64,000 nucleotides of DNA from Chrysomallon squamiferum (Eukaryota > Animalia > Mollusca): the NCBI GenBank assembly GCA_012295275.1, contig CM022671.1, positions 15,128,001 through 15,192,000 on the forward strand, given 5' to 3'. The notes beneath the pieces are model-generated. The model saw only the letters and a list, made by a program, of their open reading frames with translations, made no database searches and was not told where the DNA came from. Positions within the stretch are counted from its first letter, which is position 1. Every line of letters begins with the position of its first letter. Position numbers and translations under genes: made by a program. Shown in pieces: positions 26,172-39,372 of the stretch.

Positions 26172-27495
26172 TTAATCAGCATCACCACAATCATCACTGT
26201 CGTCATTACTGCTGTCTCCAAATGTTTCAATATTCAAGTTATAATTTTTGGACTGCGCAGCTGCAACAGCAGCAACACTAGCTGAAAACATGCTGGAGCC
26301 CACTAAAAATGATGCACTACATTCAGTATTCTGTTGTGAAAGGGTTATAAATTTAAAGTTTTCTGAGACCGATTGCTTTGGTAACTGTAACTGGGTCGTT
26401 GTTTCTTGGAGATCACCCTCGGCAATATTTGTAATTTCATCATTGTGTATAAGATCTGTGTTTTGCTCTTCAGATTCAGTCTTTAAATCATTTAATTTTC
26501 TGATATTAACAATATCACTACTCCACTGTGAAAAGATCTCAACAGAGGATCTCTGACTTTGTTCTGTTCCCTCAGAGACAGTTAATTTGTCATTGTGTTG
26601 ACAAGAGGCAGAGTCTACATTCTGATCAGAGGGAATTAAATCAGGGGAATTAGGATAACATTTATCTTTTTCCTGTGACACATTTTCCATATTTTCTTCA
26701 CTTGAACTTGTTTGTTCACTTTTGTGCAAATAACTTTCTTCATGTCCAGGAGAACTTAAATCCCTATTTTCATTACTGCTGGCCATTTTGTCTCTCTGTG
26801 TATCAGAAACACCTTTCTGTCTGTCCAGAGCAAGTTTCTCTCTTCTCATAGTCTCTTCAGCTTTTACTGATATTACACTTTTTAATTCAGTTAACAACTT
26901 CAAAACATTTTCTTTCTCCTTTTCCCTCTTATCCTAAAAACAGAAAAGCATGCAAGTTGAAGTTTATCACATTCCTATTTTCTGCAATAATAAAAAATTA
27001 ACAAAAAAGAAAACTCCCAAAACATGCTGAAATAGTTTTAGACTTATATACGTTTTATAATTATACTTTCTCTATTTGATAATTCACTGTTACAACATCA
27101 CTACCAGATACTACATTGTTTCTATCATGAAAAATTCTAATCTGTTTTCAATAAACCATAAATGTTTCTATAACTCATCCCTTAAATTCTTATTTTTTAA
27201 TTCTTCTTTCTGAATAACCTATTGTTTTGATATAAACATTAAATATTTACCACTGTATATAATAATAACTGAATTAACAGCACACAATTTCACAATATGA
27301 GAAATAATTTAAAATTTACAAAAAAATAAAACAAAAACCTTTTCTTCTGGAAGAATGCCTTGATCCAAATACCAGTTTTTACTTTCCAAATAGTCAGGAT
27401 CAGAATATGCCTCCCAAACCTTTAACATGATCACAAATTAGTAAAATGTAATCATTTTAACACAAATTTGAAAAATAGATTCTTGTGACTTTTAG

Positions 27496-27527
<32 letters not shown>

Positions 27528-30500
27528 TATTTTTTTCAATCCACACATTTCAAGGAATTTAAATTATTTTCTTACAATACTGGAACAAACATTCGGATAA
27601 ATCAGCCCATGTTATTCATGTTAGCATTGTAACTGTAGAAAAATCACCATATTAAACAGATACTTCTAAAACTTTACCATTTTCTTGAACCACCAAATTT
27701 GAGACTAATATATTTAAATAAAAACTTGAGTGATTTTGCAGAACTGACTGTCAGCCACAAGGATAATTTCAAAGACAGAATTATTATTTAAAAAAAATAA
27801 ACTTTATTAAGATGTTACTTTCTCACCTGATCCTCAACAATGTATTCTTCTAACTCAGAAAATGGAATTATATTTTCTTCCTTCTTGTTCCATTTTGGAA
27901 TATGATCCAGTTTTGGAACTGTAAAATGAAGTTTACTGTTAAATAATATGCTTAGAAATTTCTCCCTACTATTTGGAAAACATTATACCTTCGTAACATA
28001 TTGACCAAAAAAAAAAAAACAAAAAACAATTCCTGCATGACTGTTCACTACAACAGTAATAAAAGAAAACAGAAAAAAAGTAATGATAATGTTTGCTTAA
28101 TTCTGCTTATAACAAAATTAACTAGGAACTGTTCTGTGTTTTATATCCCTTCAGTGGTAACAAAGATGGCTGATGATATTTCAAAACATTTCTGTCAATA
28201 TAAAACTCACCCACTGGTACATCATTAAATTCATAAGCATTTATGCAATACATTTTCTTCTCTTTTTTTTTCTTTATTCTTTTTTTATATTACAAAAAAA
28301 ACAACCCAGAAAAAAATGTTAAAAAAAGAAAGAAAGAAAAGATCAAGAAATTACGTGACTAAACAGTGCATTTGAAAGCTAAATATCTTGTTGAACTATA
28401 AAACTTTAAATACCTTCATGAGGTTTCTTTATTTTACTCATTGCATCTTCCCAACATTCCTGGCATGCACTGAGTTCAGATTTGATGCGAGTCATTAATG
28501 GCAACCATTTTGTTTTTACTAGTTCATCGCTGATCCTGGCTTCCTCACTGGACGGTTCTGATGTTAATTCAATTTCAGAAGACAACTCATGAACTCTGTC
28601 AAATTAATTCATCATGCTGTGTTACATCACTGACATATTTTTCTTAAATCTCTAATGTCTTTGAATAATATTATATTTATATCAGATGAAATGACATCAA
28701 GATTGTGCTGCTTATTTTTAACAATCAGCCAAAATAATTCACTTGAAAATTGTGACTGAAGACCCTGAAATTTGTTAATTTAATGACACTGTTTAAAGAA
28801 AGGAGATACAGTATTCACAAAAACAGATGATGATTTTATATCTGTGCATCTTCATTTTTGCCTTTCTAATTTTAAAAGCTTGAGAAAGTTTAGTATTAAA
28901 GGCTCTTTGAAATTTATTGAAATGGATAACTGAGTATTCATAAAACTAAACCCAACAAAAGACAAGAATAAAATCACAACTAAACCAAACCTCAGCAGAA
29001 ACTAATCTTGTTTATCTAAAATTAATAATAAATCACCTCAAAAGTGTTGACTGTAAATGTATATCAAGTAAGGAAACTGTGGAATGGAACTGTTCCATTT
29101 TATTACTCTGGCTTAAAGATTTCTTCATAGGACTCATTTGCTTGTAATTATTTTGATGGAACTTGAATGACTGCTCTAACTTTTTTCTTTTCAACAACAG
29201 ACGTTCATTAAGATCATTTACTAAATTTTCTGTTACAAATGGATCTGAAAATAAAATTAATAAAAAAAATATATATGTATTTCCAAATTCACAACAAATT
29301 TATAAGTACTAGTCTTGAAACAAAAATGAGAAGCTAAAAAAGAGAAAAATATATATGTTGAATATATGTATTTAAAAAAATTATTAATCTTAAGTCCTCA
29401 GGAGCAGATGGATAGAATTTATCAAATTTGTTTTGAGTCAGACCCTTGCCATTTTGTTGTTATAAGTTAAAAAGGATATGACTAAAAATCAAAAAAATTA
29501 TAATATAGAACCAAAACCTTTTTCTTCACTTGAGGTGCAAAAACACAAGGCAAGTCTTCTTATAAACTGTGACAAATGAAGAAAAAAAAGATGATTCATT
29601 GCCTGTAAAAATAAAACAAAATGTTGAGGATTATTTAAAACTGAATCAGGAACAGCTCGTTAAAAATACTACTGAATCTTTTGGTTTCGGTAATCTTTCT
29701 TGTTGTTACTCAAGAAAATTCCAAATATGACTGAAACAAAACCAAATCTTCATATTATATCTAAATGTATCAAAAAGTATGGTAATGCATAAAAATATTT
29801 TAATTAATCTATAAAACAGTGTCAAAGTTTTAGTATAAAAGTTTAATAATAAAAAGTGCAACAGTTAGCATAAGAGATTGAATAGGAAAGAGGAAAAGTA
29901 TTTACAATAACAAATAATTGGTGTCCAATAACAGAATGTAATCAGTAGTGAGCTGTTTTTCATTCATTCACTTAATCACACACATTCTTTTTCTTTGTCA
30001 CACTTAAGCACCACTTATACAAACATAGCCACATATACATACTTTTAATGCTGTTACAGAAAAGCCATCTGTAATTTCATGTAGTGTCTCCAATTCCTCA
30101 TTACTGTTCAAGTGAAGACATTGTCCATAGTCATCAAGATCAACAGTTGCAACATAGCTTGAATCACAGTCATTTTCTAGTGTCAGAGGGTATCTTATAT
30201 ATGTGTGTTAAGTAGGTTTAACCAAAAACAACAAGAGCAGTTGGAACAAACACACACATACACACAAATAAAAATCTAAAAAATATTTTTAACTGCAATT
30301 TACAACCAGAAACTTGTTTTTAATACTATTACATTTATTGTTGTTATTTTTTTTTTTTTATTATTTTTAAATGTCACAGATGACTTGAGAAACTATCACA
30401 GCAGACTGTAGGTAATGTGTTTGTTTTATAATAACAAAAGATACTCATCAAAAAGCTGTAATGTTGCGTTCCTGCAGTCAAGCAATGAGGACCGGACAAC

Positions 30501-33384
30501 CAAAAACAGTGTCTGTCTGAGCTGCTGACTTTGTTTCAGACACTGCTGTGAAGAAACTGACCCTAGCTGGGAAACTGCAGATGAACTATGAACATTAAAA
30601 AAACATATATATAAAAAAATTACAAGAGCATTTTTTGATAATGTCATACTGATGTAACTGAAAAGAGTATCTGTAAATTAAAATTTAATAATTATGTCAT
30701 CCTTTTTGAGTTTTTAATCCCTGTTATTATTTTATTATATTACATTTAAATAATTCATATACATGTATAATAAAAAGCATGTGTATGAGAGGATACACAA
30801 TGTTGATAGATGTTTATTATGTAAAAGTTCGACTATGAATTATGTGTGAGTGTTGGTGCATGAGAAGTTCATAAGTGTAAAATACATACACAGAAAAACC
30901 TCTAACAATCAGTTCTCTTTCTTGTACAAGTCGAAATGATTTCTTAACCAGAGTGGTCAGTGATACGCTGGTCTGCACAAACTCATCATACAGTGAAGTC
31001 AGCCCTTCCATGTGTCTCTGCCATTTGTAAAGTTGAATATCTTTGATTAATGTTGTCACAGCAATAAGAGTTGTGCTCACAATAAAAATATCTATAATGG
31101 GGAGGTGTGACATCAACTGAACATGTTCCTGAGACAGACACCTGGCAGTGACATAGGCAATCAGACACGGAAATGAAACTGATGATATTCTGGAAAAAAT
31201 ATTAAATAAAATAAAAAATCGAAATCGAAAATTTATTTAATTTGATCTTTTTTCTTACAAGCCTTGGAAATAAAAAGCTGTTTTAATTTAAAATAAATTA
31301 ATACTTTTTTTATTATATATTTTTTATTTTAAATCAATCTTCACAAAGACAACAGCTGCAAAAACACTCAGCAGCACTGAAATACTGATGCAATGGCAGA
31401 GAAGGTCTTCTTATTTTTCTGTCTATCAATGATAGACTATTTAATTACACCTCACATTCCTTCCCTCTCGAAATTCAGTGAGTGTTAGAAGATTTACCCT
31501 GCTTTTATCCATGGAATACTTCTTGGAACAAATGTATGCTGCTTAACAACATCTGCTGCATGGTCATTGACAGCATCAGCATCCATCTCAAGCAAAATAT
31601 CTGACTTAACCAATTTTTCAAATGTTTTCTGTTTGTAGTATTCATTCTGAAATAAAGTGCAAATACTTATCACCTACATTGTTAAAAAGAATTTTTATAT
31701 TTTTCAGTACAAACATTAATTTTTGACTGTAAAATTTATGTTTAAAAACATATTCTGTTTCTATATTTGCATCAAGTAATAAAATGTTACTAAACTGAGA
31801 TAATTTCATTTAAAAAAAAATAGATTTTGAAGAAAAATAGCAAAGTTTTTAAGTCTACATTTTCCCCATTCCCTCTAAAATATTATAAATCAAACAACCT
31901 TTTTTATAAAGACAAATTTCTTAGTTTCTGAATAAGACTAATTCCCATTTCTAACATACATTAAAAGAAAATGTAAAAAAGACTGCAGCAGTTGTAACTT
32001 GCTGCAGCTTCTAAACTTCAGATGTTTATATCAGTTAAATACTGAGAATAATATTAGCAAAATCATTGAATATGATATTCTCCATAAAATTATAAAAACT
32101 GTTATAATGAAACTGTAACAACAGATGACTGTATTAATGGGGAAAAAGTACTTACCAATTTGTTAACATTTGACTTCACTGGTAAAAAGGAGAGAATAAA
32201 TTCTGAACACACGGTTAATATTTGTGTCAAATATGTAAAAGCACTACCCTGCAGGATAAAAAAGAAACAGCACAGGTATAGTTTCATTAATTTCCAATTT
32301 TCAAACATGTAAATATTAAAAGAATATGATTTGTTATTTGATATTGTTTTTCGTAAAACCATTTTTATACTTGTTCCTTTCATTTGTAAATAAACAACCA
32401 AAAAACAGTGGATGGTAAAATAAATACGACAGTGCCAACTACGAAAATAACAGATCTAAAACATCAAATACCAATAATATATACCTTTTTTTATCTTCAG
32501 TGTAAGCCATTATTTACAGTGTGTATTAAATAATTTGAATTAATTCAGTTTCAAATAATAAAGACAACATAAATTTTTTGAAAATTATTTACTTTTTTAT
32601 ATTAATAGTTTCTGGTAATTCTTTCACTATAATAAGAAGAGCACTTGTCTGAAAAATAATTATTTTAAATCAGTTTCAGTGGTGAGCATACCTCTTTGTG
32701 TTCTCTTTTATTTGTTAAACACTGAGGAATAGTTTTGTGTGTGGTTTCAACATCTACTTCCTCATAACCTACAGACATCAGGTAACTATGAAGTGGAGAA
32801 TTCTGGAAAAAAAAGAAAAAAAAAAAGATAAAATATATAAAATCAAATCAAATCAAATAAAAAATAATAGTGATAAAATAAAATAGAATAAAATGATTTA
32901 TATTCAAAATAGTGGTTCATAAATTCAAATAAGTTTTCTTTCACTATCTTTCTTATTTTGGGGGAGAACACGATTTTTAAAATCTTTTTTTTATTATTAT
33001 TTTAGAAGAAAGATATAAAAAAAAAAAAAAAAAAAAAAAATGGTAAGAAAGAAAGAAGTGATATAAATATCATAGGCAGTGATAAATTGCTTGTCAAATC
33101 AACAAATGTTATCCTTTCAATATAGCGTTGCAGTTAGCTTTTTCTTGGTCATTTTAAATCCAGAGAATCGTATTTATTTATTATTGTTGTTGTTTTATTA
33201 TTTATTTACTTATCATAGATTAGTCTAATTTATGCTATAAAATGCTTTTTAAAACTGTATAATAAGACAAAAACGGTCGGTGTAACAAGCCAATCCCATT
33301 AAATCCTGCTATAATATTTTATTTACTCTTGGATCTCTTGCATTAAATTAATAGTAATATTGCCAACAAAAAAAAAAAATAATA

Positions 33385-33419
<35 letters not shown>

Positions 33420-33567
33420 ACCCATATTAATTTTATCATTTGCATTTACAGAACGATGTGTCCTGAAGACTGAAAATATTATTTAATCTATTACTGAGGA
33501 GGGATAATAACTTTATTTAATCACGTTTTGTAGAACATACTTCAAACAAAACACTTTCTTCCGCCAT
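26172..33567 (-). CDS. VEZT: Vezatin (adherens junction transmembrane protein), ~793 aa, 13 exons
   Basis: Minus-strand exons: 33567-33541, 32802-32692, 32248-32156, 31646-31498, 31189-30890, 30585-30445, 30193-30043, 29602-29518, 29244-29037, 28595-28414, 27918-27827, 27419-27339, 26933-26172, total 2382 nt, in frame. Recognised vezatin motifs: N-terminal VLFENSPLHSYL, hydrophobic TM segments, KKSFRLVQERELIVRGF, YPL...ITDGFSVTALK, LLTELKSV, and an acidic C-terminus ETFGDS. Confidence 0.9.
30194..30444 (-). other. Probable U12-type (minor spliceosome) GT-AG intron in vezatin
   Basis: 5' splice site GTATCTTTT (U12 consensus RTATCCTTT). Branch-like CCTACTTAAC (consensus TTCCTTAAC) ends 13 nt before the 3' end. 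No polypyrimidine tract (ACACATATATAAG|). Splicing restores the frame ...FDE-YPL.... Confidence 0.75.
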
Positions 33568-33780
33568 TGTATTCAATATTGCGTTTTCATTGGTACACCG
33601 CAACTCGATGGTTTTATATAGGATCTACACTAAATCAGACTAATTACGTACAACAACTGAAAAAAGCCGACAACAAATGTCAAAAACATCAAAACTAAGA
33701 TAATGCAGTAGAAGTCACTAAATAATTGCAAGTATTACTTTTACAACTTCAGATGATTATTGGGCATTTTTAAATAAACG

Positions 33781-33782
<2 letters not shown>

Positions 33783-33876
<94 letters not shown>
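33783..33876. repeat. Compound (AAT)n(AT)n microsatellite upstream of vezatin
   Basis: Read directly, ~220 bp upstream of the VEZT ATG. Confidence 0.95.
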
Positions 33877-33879
<3 letters not shown>

Positions 33880-35178
33880 TTTGTAAAACTATTATTATAC
33901 TTGTTCCTTTCATTTGTAAATAATATATATATATATTATTTTTCAAATTATTATTCATTTTATTCTATTTTTCCTTTTTAACAATGGAGGTTAAAGAGGT
34001 AATTCATATCTTCTTGATGCTTATTTTCGGACTGTGGCAGTTGCTGTCGGTAATTAGTAGGCCCATGGACTGATATTTCTTCTCAGCAAAATCAACTGGT
34101 TCTGTTAGTATTATAAAATGAACAGCGTAAATAGATTTGACCTAAAAGAAATAACTGTAAACATAGTAAAGTCTGTGTTATCAGTGAAATATTCTCTGAC
34201 GAACAAAACAACAAGAAGAACAACAAAATAATAATAAAAACGAATAAAATAAAATAATTAATTAAAACAAAAATAAAATACAAAATTAATTATATTTTAA
34301 TAAATAAATAAAGTGAGACACGATTAAGCAACTGAAAGTAGAAGATAAATTACACTGATTTGAGAGAAAGGCAGTAAATATTAAGCACTAGCAGTGTTAA
34401 ACCCTAAGTGAAATCAGAGTAGATTTATCTGCATTCGACCATTACTAAAACGTGTTAAATCATTAACTTCTTTACAGCAGGAATAGCAAAATTAATAAAT
34501 AAATAAACATTTGGCATATCTGGACTGGAGTACTTTGTTCGTAAAATTATGCCAGAATTTATCTCGAGATTTTACAACCAAACGTTTACGAAAACCAATA
34601 AAGAGGTTGAATCATAAAGACACAGTCAAAACAAAAGGTAAATTGATTATTCTTAGATGTATGTGAACTAAGCATATTGTTTGTGATAAAGCAACAATAA
34701 ATTATATAGATATATTTATCATTTGGTTATTTTCAGTTCTTGTTCTCACTTCAAAATAAACAAAATCGAAATTTGCTTTCAACATTCGTTTCAGGCAATC
34801 AGCTGGAATACACTGTTTGGAAATATCAATGTCTGCAGCTTGTGACATTACATGTACGTATAATATGTATAATTACGTATTTAGATACAGTATCTGAAAT
34901 AATAATGTTTCTTTCGTTGTTATACATAATTTAGTCAGTTAATTAACAGATATTCCCTGAACCTGGTTCATCATCTGTTACTTCATCACTGGTAATTAAC
35001 TTTGGCGATCATGCTGGTAACCTATAACACAAAACAAATACCAGTTTTTCTATGAAAGGATAGTATTTAGGTCACAGCATTAGAGTATTTCATATTGTTG
35101 GGTATAATCTTGGTGAGGGGATGTCTTTGATATCTGTGAGAAAACGAGTAATCCTGTGACCTTTTTTAGTAAAATTAT

Positions 35179-35393
35179 CAGGGGAGGATCAATTATGAAA
35201 GTACTGAAGCTTAAGTTTCACGGCCCGTAATCCAAAATGCCCCCAGAATTCAGTTCACGTTGCCTAAAAAAAAAAAAAAAAAAAAAAAAAAATATTGAGA
35301 TGCCGTATAATTGGTTAAAAATGACACAAGCCTCGTTGCTGTTTGTGAAGGACCCCATATCAGTTCAGCGTCCCATCACTGGGTCCGCCACTG
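35179..35393. mobile_element. Small hAT-type MITE
   Basis: Imperfect TIRs CAGGGGAGGATC / GGTCCGCCACTG (reverse complement CAGTGGCGGACC), flanked by a degenerate 8-bp TSD AAAATTAT / GTAATTAT. Confidence 0.6.
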
Positions 35394-35688
35394 GTAATTA
35401 TATTCATCTTCTATATCAGAACTTGTTTGTTGTTGCTATAAATCTGGAACAGATGTTCTTTAAAGAGTTCTTCTGTATTAATAACGAAAACGAAATATTT
35501 CACAAATAATGCTAGCCACTGTAGTATAACTATAAACTGCAGAAGTAATAATAATTTTATGTAATAAAAAAAAAAAAAAAAAAAAAAAATGTAAGATAAA
35601 GAAAGGGGAACATTTTTATTTTCCATTGTAGATAACTAAACGGCGGCTGTGATGGCCGAGATACTGTTAAACACATGGTTGACAGAGG

Positions 35689-35727
<39 letters not shown>

Positions 35728-35889
35728 TTATATAAAACTGGGTTAGAAATATTTGCCTCACAGAATACCTACTTTTAATAGCCACATGAGAATGTGGTGT
35801 CACATCTTCTCTATACCTCGATGAGTTTATATATTAGTACTAAAGAACCGAAACTGAAATTATTGTGAAGAATAACAACTAACAAAAAC

Positions 35890-35940
<51 letters not shown>

Positions 35941-37114
35941 ACAGTACACTGAGGTTTGTCAGTGAAACAAGTTGTGGAACGTTGAAAACAGATTTTGTTA
36001 TATTATTATTCAGTTTTTATTAATTGAACCAAAACATAGAGAGCTCAAACTGGTTAAACGTTGTAGTTTACTTAGTAGTTAATTTTATTTTTCTGAGATT
36101 AATAAGATATTAAGAATTAATAAATTAGAAATACAGAATTTAATTTGTATTTCATCTGTTACTGCATCATTAGCAATTAACTTTGGGAATCATTCTGATA
36201 ACCTGTAACATAAAACAAATGTCATTTATTCTGTCAGGGGTAGTTCCACTGTCACTGCATTCAAGTATTTTATATCTTTGGCCATGTCTTGGTGAGGGGA
36301 TTTCTTTTATATCTGTGAGGCTTCCAGTAATCCAGCGATATTTGTTAAGTATGATTAATTACAATTAAAGTTTATGTATATATATATTTCCTTTAATTAT
36401 AATTACAGTCTGAATTCGATTTATGAAAAATAAATCAGTAATTCAGTATTTGTATTTTTAAGGATAATTATGTACCCATTCATAACTGCACAGTTCTCAA
36501 TATCATTACATGCTTATTATTAACAACACAGCATTATTAATCAAGTAGGTGATTGGTTTCAGGCAAAACTAATCTGTTACTTTTCAGTTACGTTTTGTTA
36601 CCCAATTCCGAAACAATGAACTTTCAAAACAGTGTTAATTCATTGATTTACAGGTTCACAGCCAGAACCTTTGTCAGAGTATGTACGTGAGGCATTTGAA
36701 TAAAACTTGCAACAAAAAAAAATGAACTAAGTAATGAAAAAATTAAATCATAAACCTTTTTCTTTTTTCTTTTGTTACTTTGTTTTGTTAAAAATAAAGA
36801 ATGAAGTAAAGAAATAATATAACAACAAAAGCAAATAATAAAAAGCAGTTTGAAAAGGCATCCGTATTTTTCCAACATAATTTGAGAAATTAAATGTGTG
36901 TTATTGTATCTATAAGTTCTCTGTGTGTCACAATTCACACGTTGAATCTTATATATAAATTTATGAGAATAACAAATATTATTTGTTTTTCATGGTTTAT
37001 TTATTTATTATTTTTATTATTACTATTTCATTATTATTATTATTATTATTATTTTTTAATTATCATAATTACTTTACGAAACTGGATTAATTAAATGTTC
37101 GGGCATACTTTTGT

Positions 37115-37183
<69 letters not shown>

Positions 37184-37859
37184 TTTTAATAATTATTCCA
37201 TCTTTGTTTACAGGAACCATATGTTTGAACTAATTCAATAATCTATTAAATTTAAATAAATAAATAAATAAAAGAACAACAAAATATATAATTTTAAAAT
37301 TATATAAGTCTTTGTCATGTTAAATAATTTAATAGACAACAGCTTTATAAATTAAATACCAAAATATCTATCATTATTTTAAGCTGGTATGTTTCAAAAA
37401 TTAATTCGGGACAATTGCCGTAGTTATTAATTTTTGAGTTTTAATAAATAAATTCCGTTCACAAAATTATCGTAAGAGGTTTGAACTTATTTTATTATTT
37501 TCTAAAACACACAATACACGTTGCAGTAAACCAAGCATGAATATTTTTAAAAAATAGGGTAGTTCTCTTTCTGGTAAATGTCACATCGACAGCATTTTTT
37601 TTTTTTTTTACACAATAGACATTCCGTGTGCGCACCCAACAGTGTGAATAATAAAGCTCTTAAGTTTTCTCCCTTTATCAGACTAATCAGGTGCTAGATG
37701 AAAGGTTTTACAGACTCGCACGATTCTCGGTAGCTTAAGAAGCTTTCTTCTTGTGAGCGAAAAGGAATGTCTATTCATTCTGTTTTTTTTTAAAATGGAA
37801 ATTCAAATATTATAACTCGTATATGGCCCACATTGATAACACTAAGTGATATACAGTGA

Positions 37860-37927
37860 AGTGTTGTCAGTGTGCGCGCGTGCGGCTTCGCGTTCTAGCA
37901 TACATACACGTACTACATTCCCTGAAG
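37860..37927 (+). promoter_or_regulatory. Probable promoter / 5' UTR exon of the PTB-domain gene
   Basis: CpG-rich patch (GTGCGCGCGTGCGG) followed by a consensus donor GAAG|GTAAGT (GT at 37928). A candidate acceptor TTTTTCTTTCAG| ends at 39000, upstream of the ATG at 39373. The start coordinate is approximate. Confidence 0.5.
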
Positions 37928-39372
37928 GTAAGTTTTTGTTTTATTGTTTTTCTTATCACATTCTAATGTGCTGGTAAACAGTTATCGACCTTAATCGTGA
38001 TTTTCTTGCTTATTTTTTTCGGACAGAAAATAAAATGCCGGAATCTTGACATACCTGATTTACAGCGGACTAAATTGCAGTCTTAAGTGTCGTTCTGTTA
38101 CTGAAATTGTACCACATTAACTGTAAACAGATTTTTTTTTCTTATTTATTCCTTTGATTAATAGCCGATATAAATTGGTGCTGAAGTATCGTTATGCGTT
38201 CATTCAACAGACTAAGTTAGTATTTGGCCTTCATATGTATTTCAACTATTTGTCTATGACCTTTCATTTGTTGGTTTCATATTTATAATATGTAGAGTAT
38301 AACCTGAAATGTCGTCTGTACATCCATTATTTTAAAATTAATTAACGAAAGATAAACAAATAGTTGAAGTAGGCTTGTAAGGATAATTCTCTTCTTCTTT
38401 TTTAATTTAATTTAATTTCTCTTTTTATTTTACAGTTAATTATAGTTTTTCACTGCATTTATTTTTTTTTTTTTTTTTTTTTTTTTAATATTATTTATTT
38501 TGGTTGATTTATATGATTTAGATAAAAACACCATATTTAAATAACACAATCTAAAAGAAATATGTTTACCTAACATAAAATTCTAAAAAAATATATATAG
38601 TAATATTTTTTTGAAATATTAAATTTACATCTTAACTTCACAAACTCATGATATTGATTTATCTGCAGGTAGCTAATAGTGATTCAGTGACCGATTTCAT
38701 ACAGTTCCTCTTTAGGGTTTATAAACAAGTCAAAAAAGTACGCATCGTCATGAATCTTCCATCTAATAATTTATGTTTAGACATTTCCTCGAAAAGGAAT
38801 ATGTTAATGAGATCTGACTGATATTCAGGTTGAAGTAACAAAAACTGTTGGTATTTTTAATAGTCTGTGTTATATTATTTAGTTTTATTCATTACAGGGT
38901 AAGGAGGATTGTCACAGCTATGACCGAGATGAAAACAGATCTGTGAAAAAAAAAAAAAAAAAAAAAAAAACAAACAAAGAAGAAAAGATTTTTCTTTCAG
39001 ATAACATTCAGACACTACACTTAAAAATACTGTGAGATTACTGAAAAGGAGAACCGAGGCGAAGCGGCAACAAGCTTGGTCACTGTCACTTTGCCAAATT
39101 TCTGTCATAAAAATAGAAGCTAGTCAACCGGCAAGGTGACTGTGTGCTGCAACGATGTAGCAAAGATACACGAAGTAGTCCCTGTTGAATAAACACCAGA
39201 ACACGATATCACATTGTTAGAAGCTGTCTTGTGTTTATCGTCATCTAGGTCGAGTTATTCATATCCAGTCAGGCATTCACCCAGCCTTGTCTTTCTACAC
39301 TGTTTTGCTCCCTGAGCATACACACATGTAACTGTTTCATATATTTCTTGGAGTTTATCGAACGAAAACACT

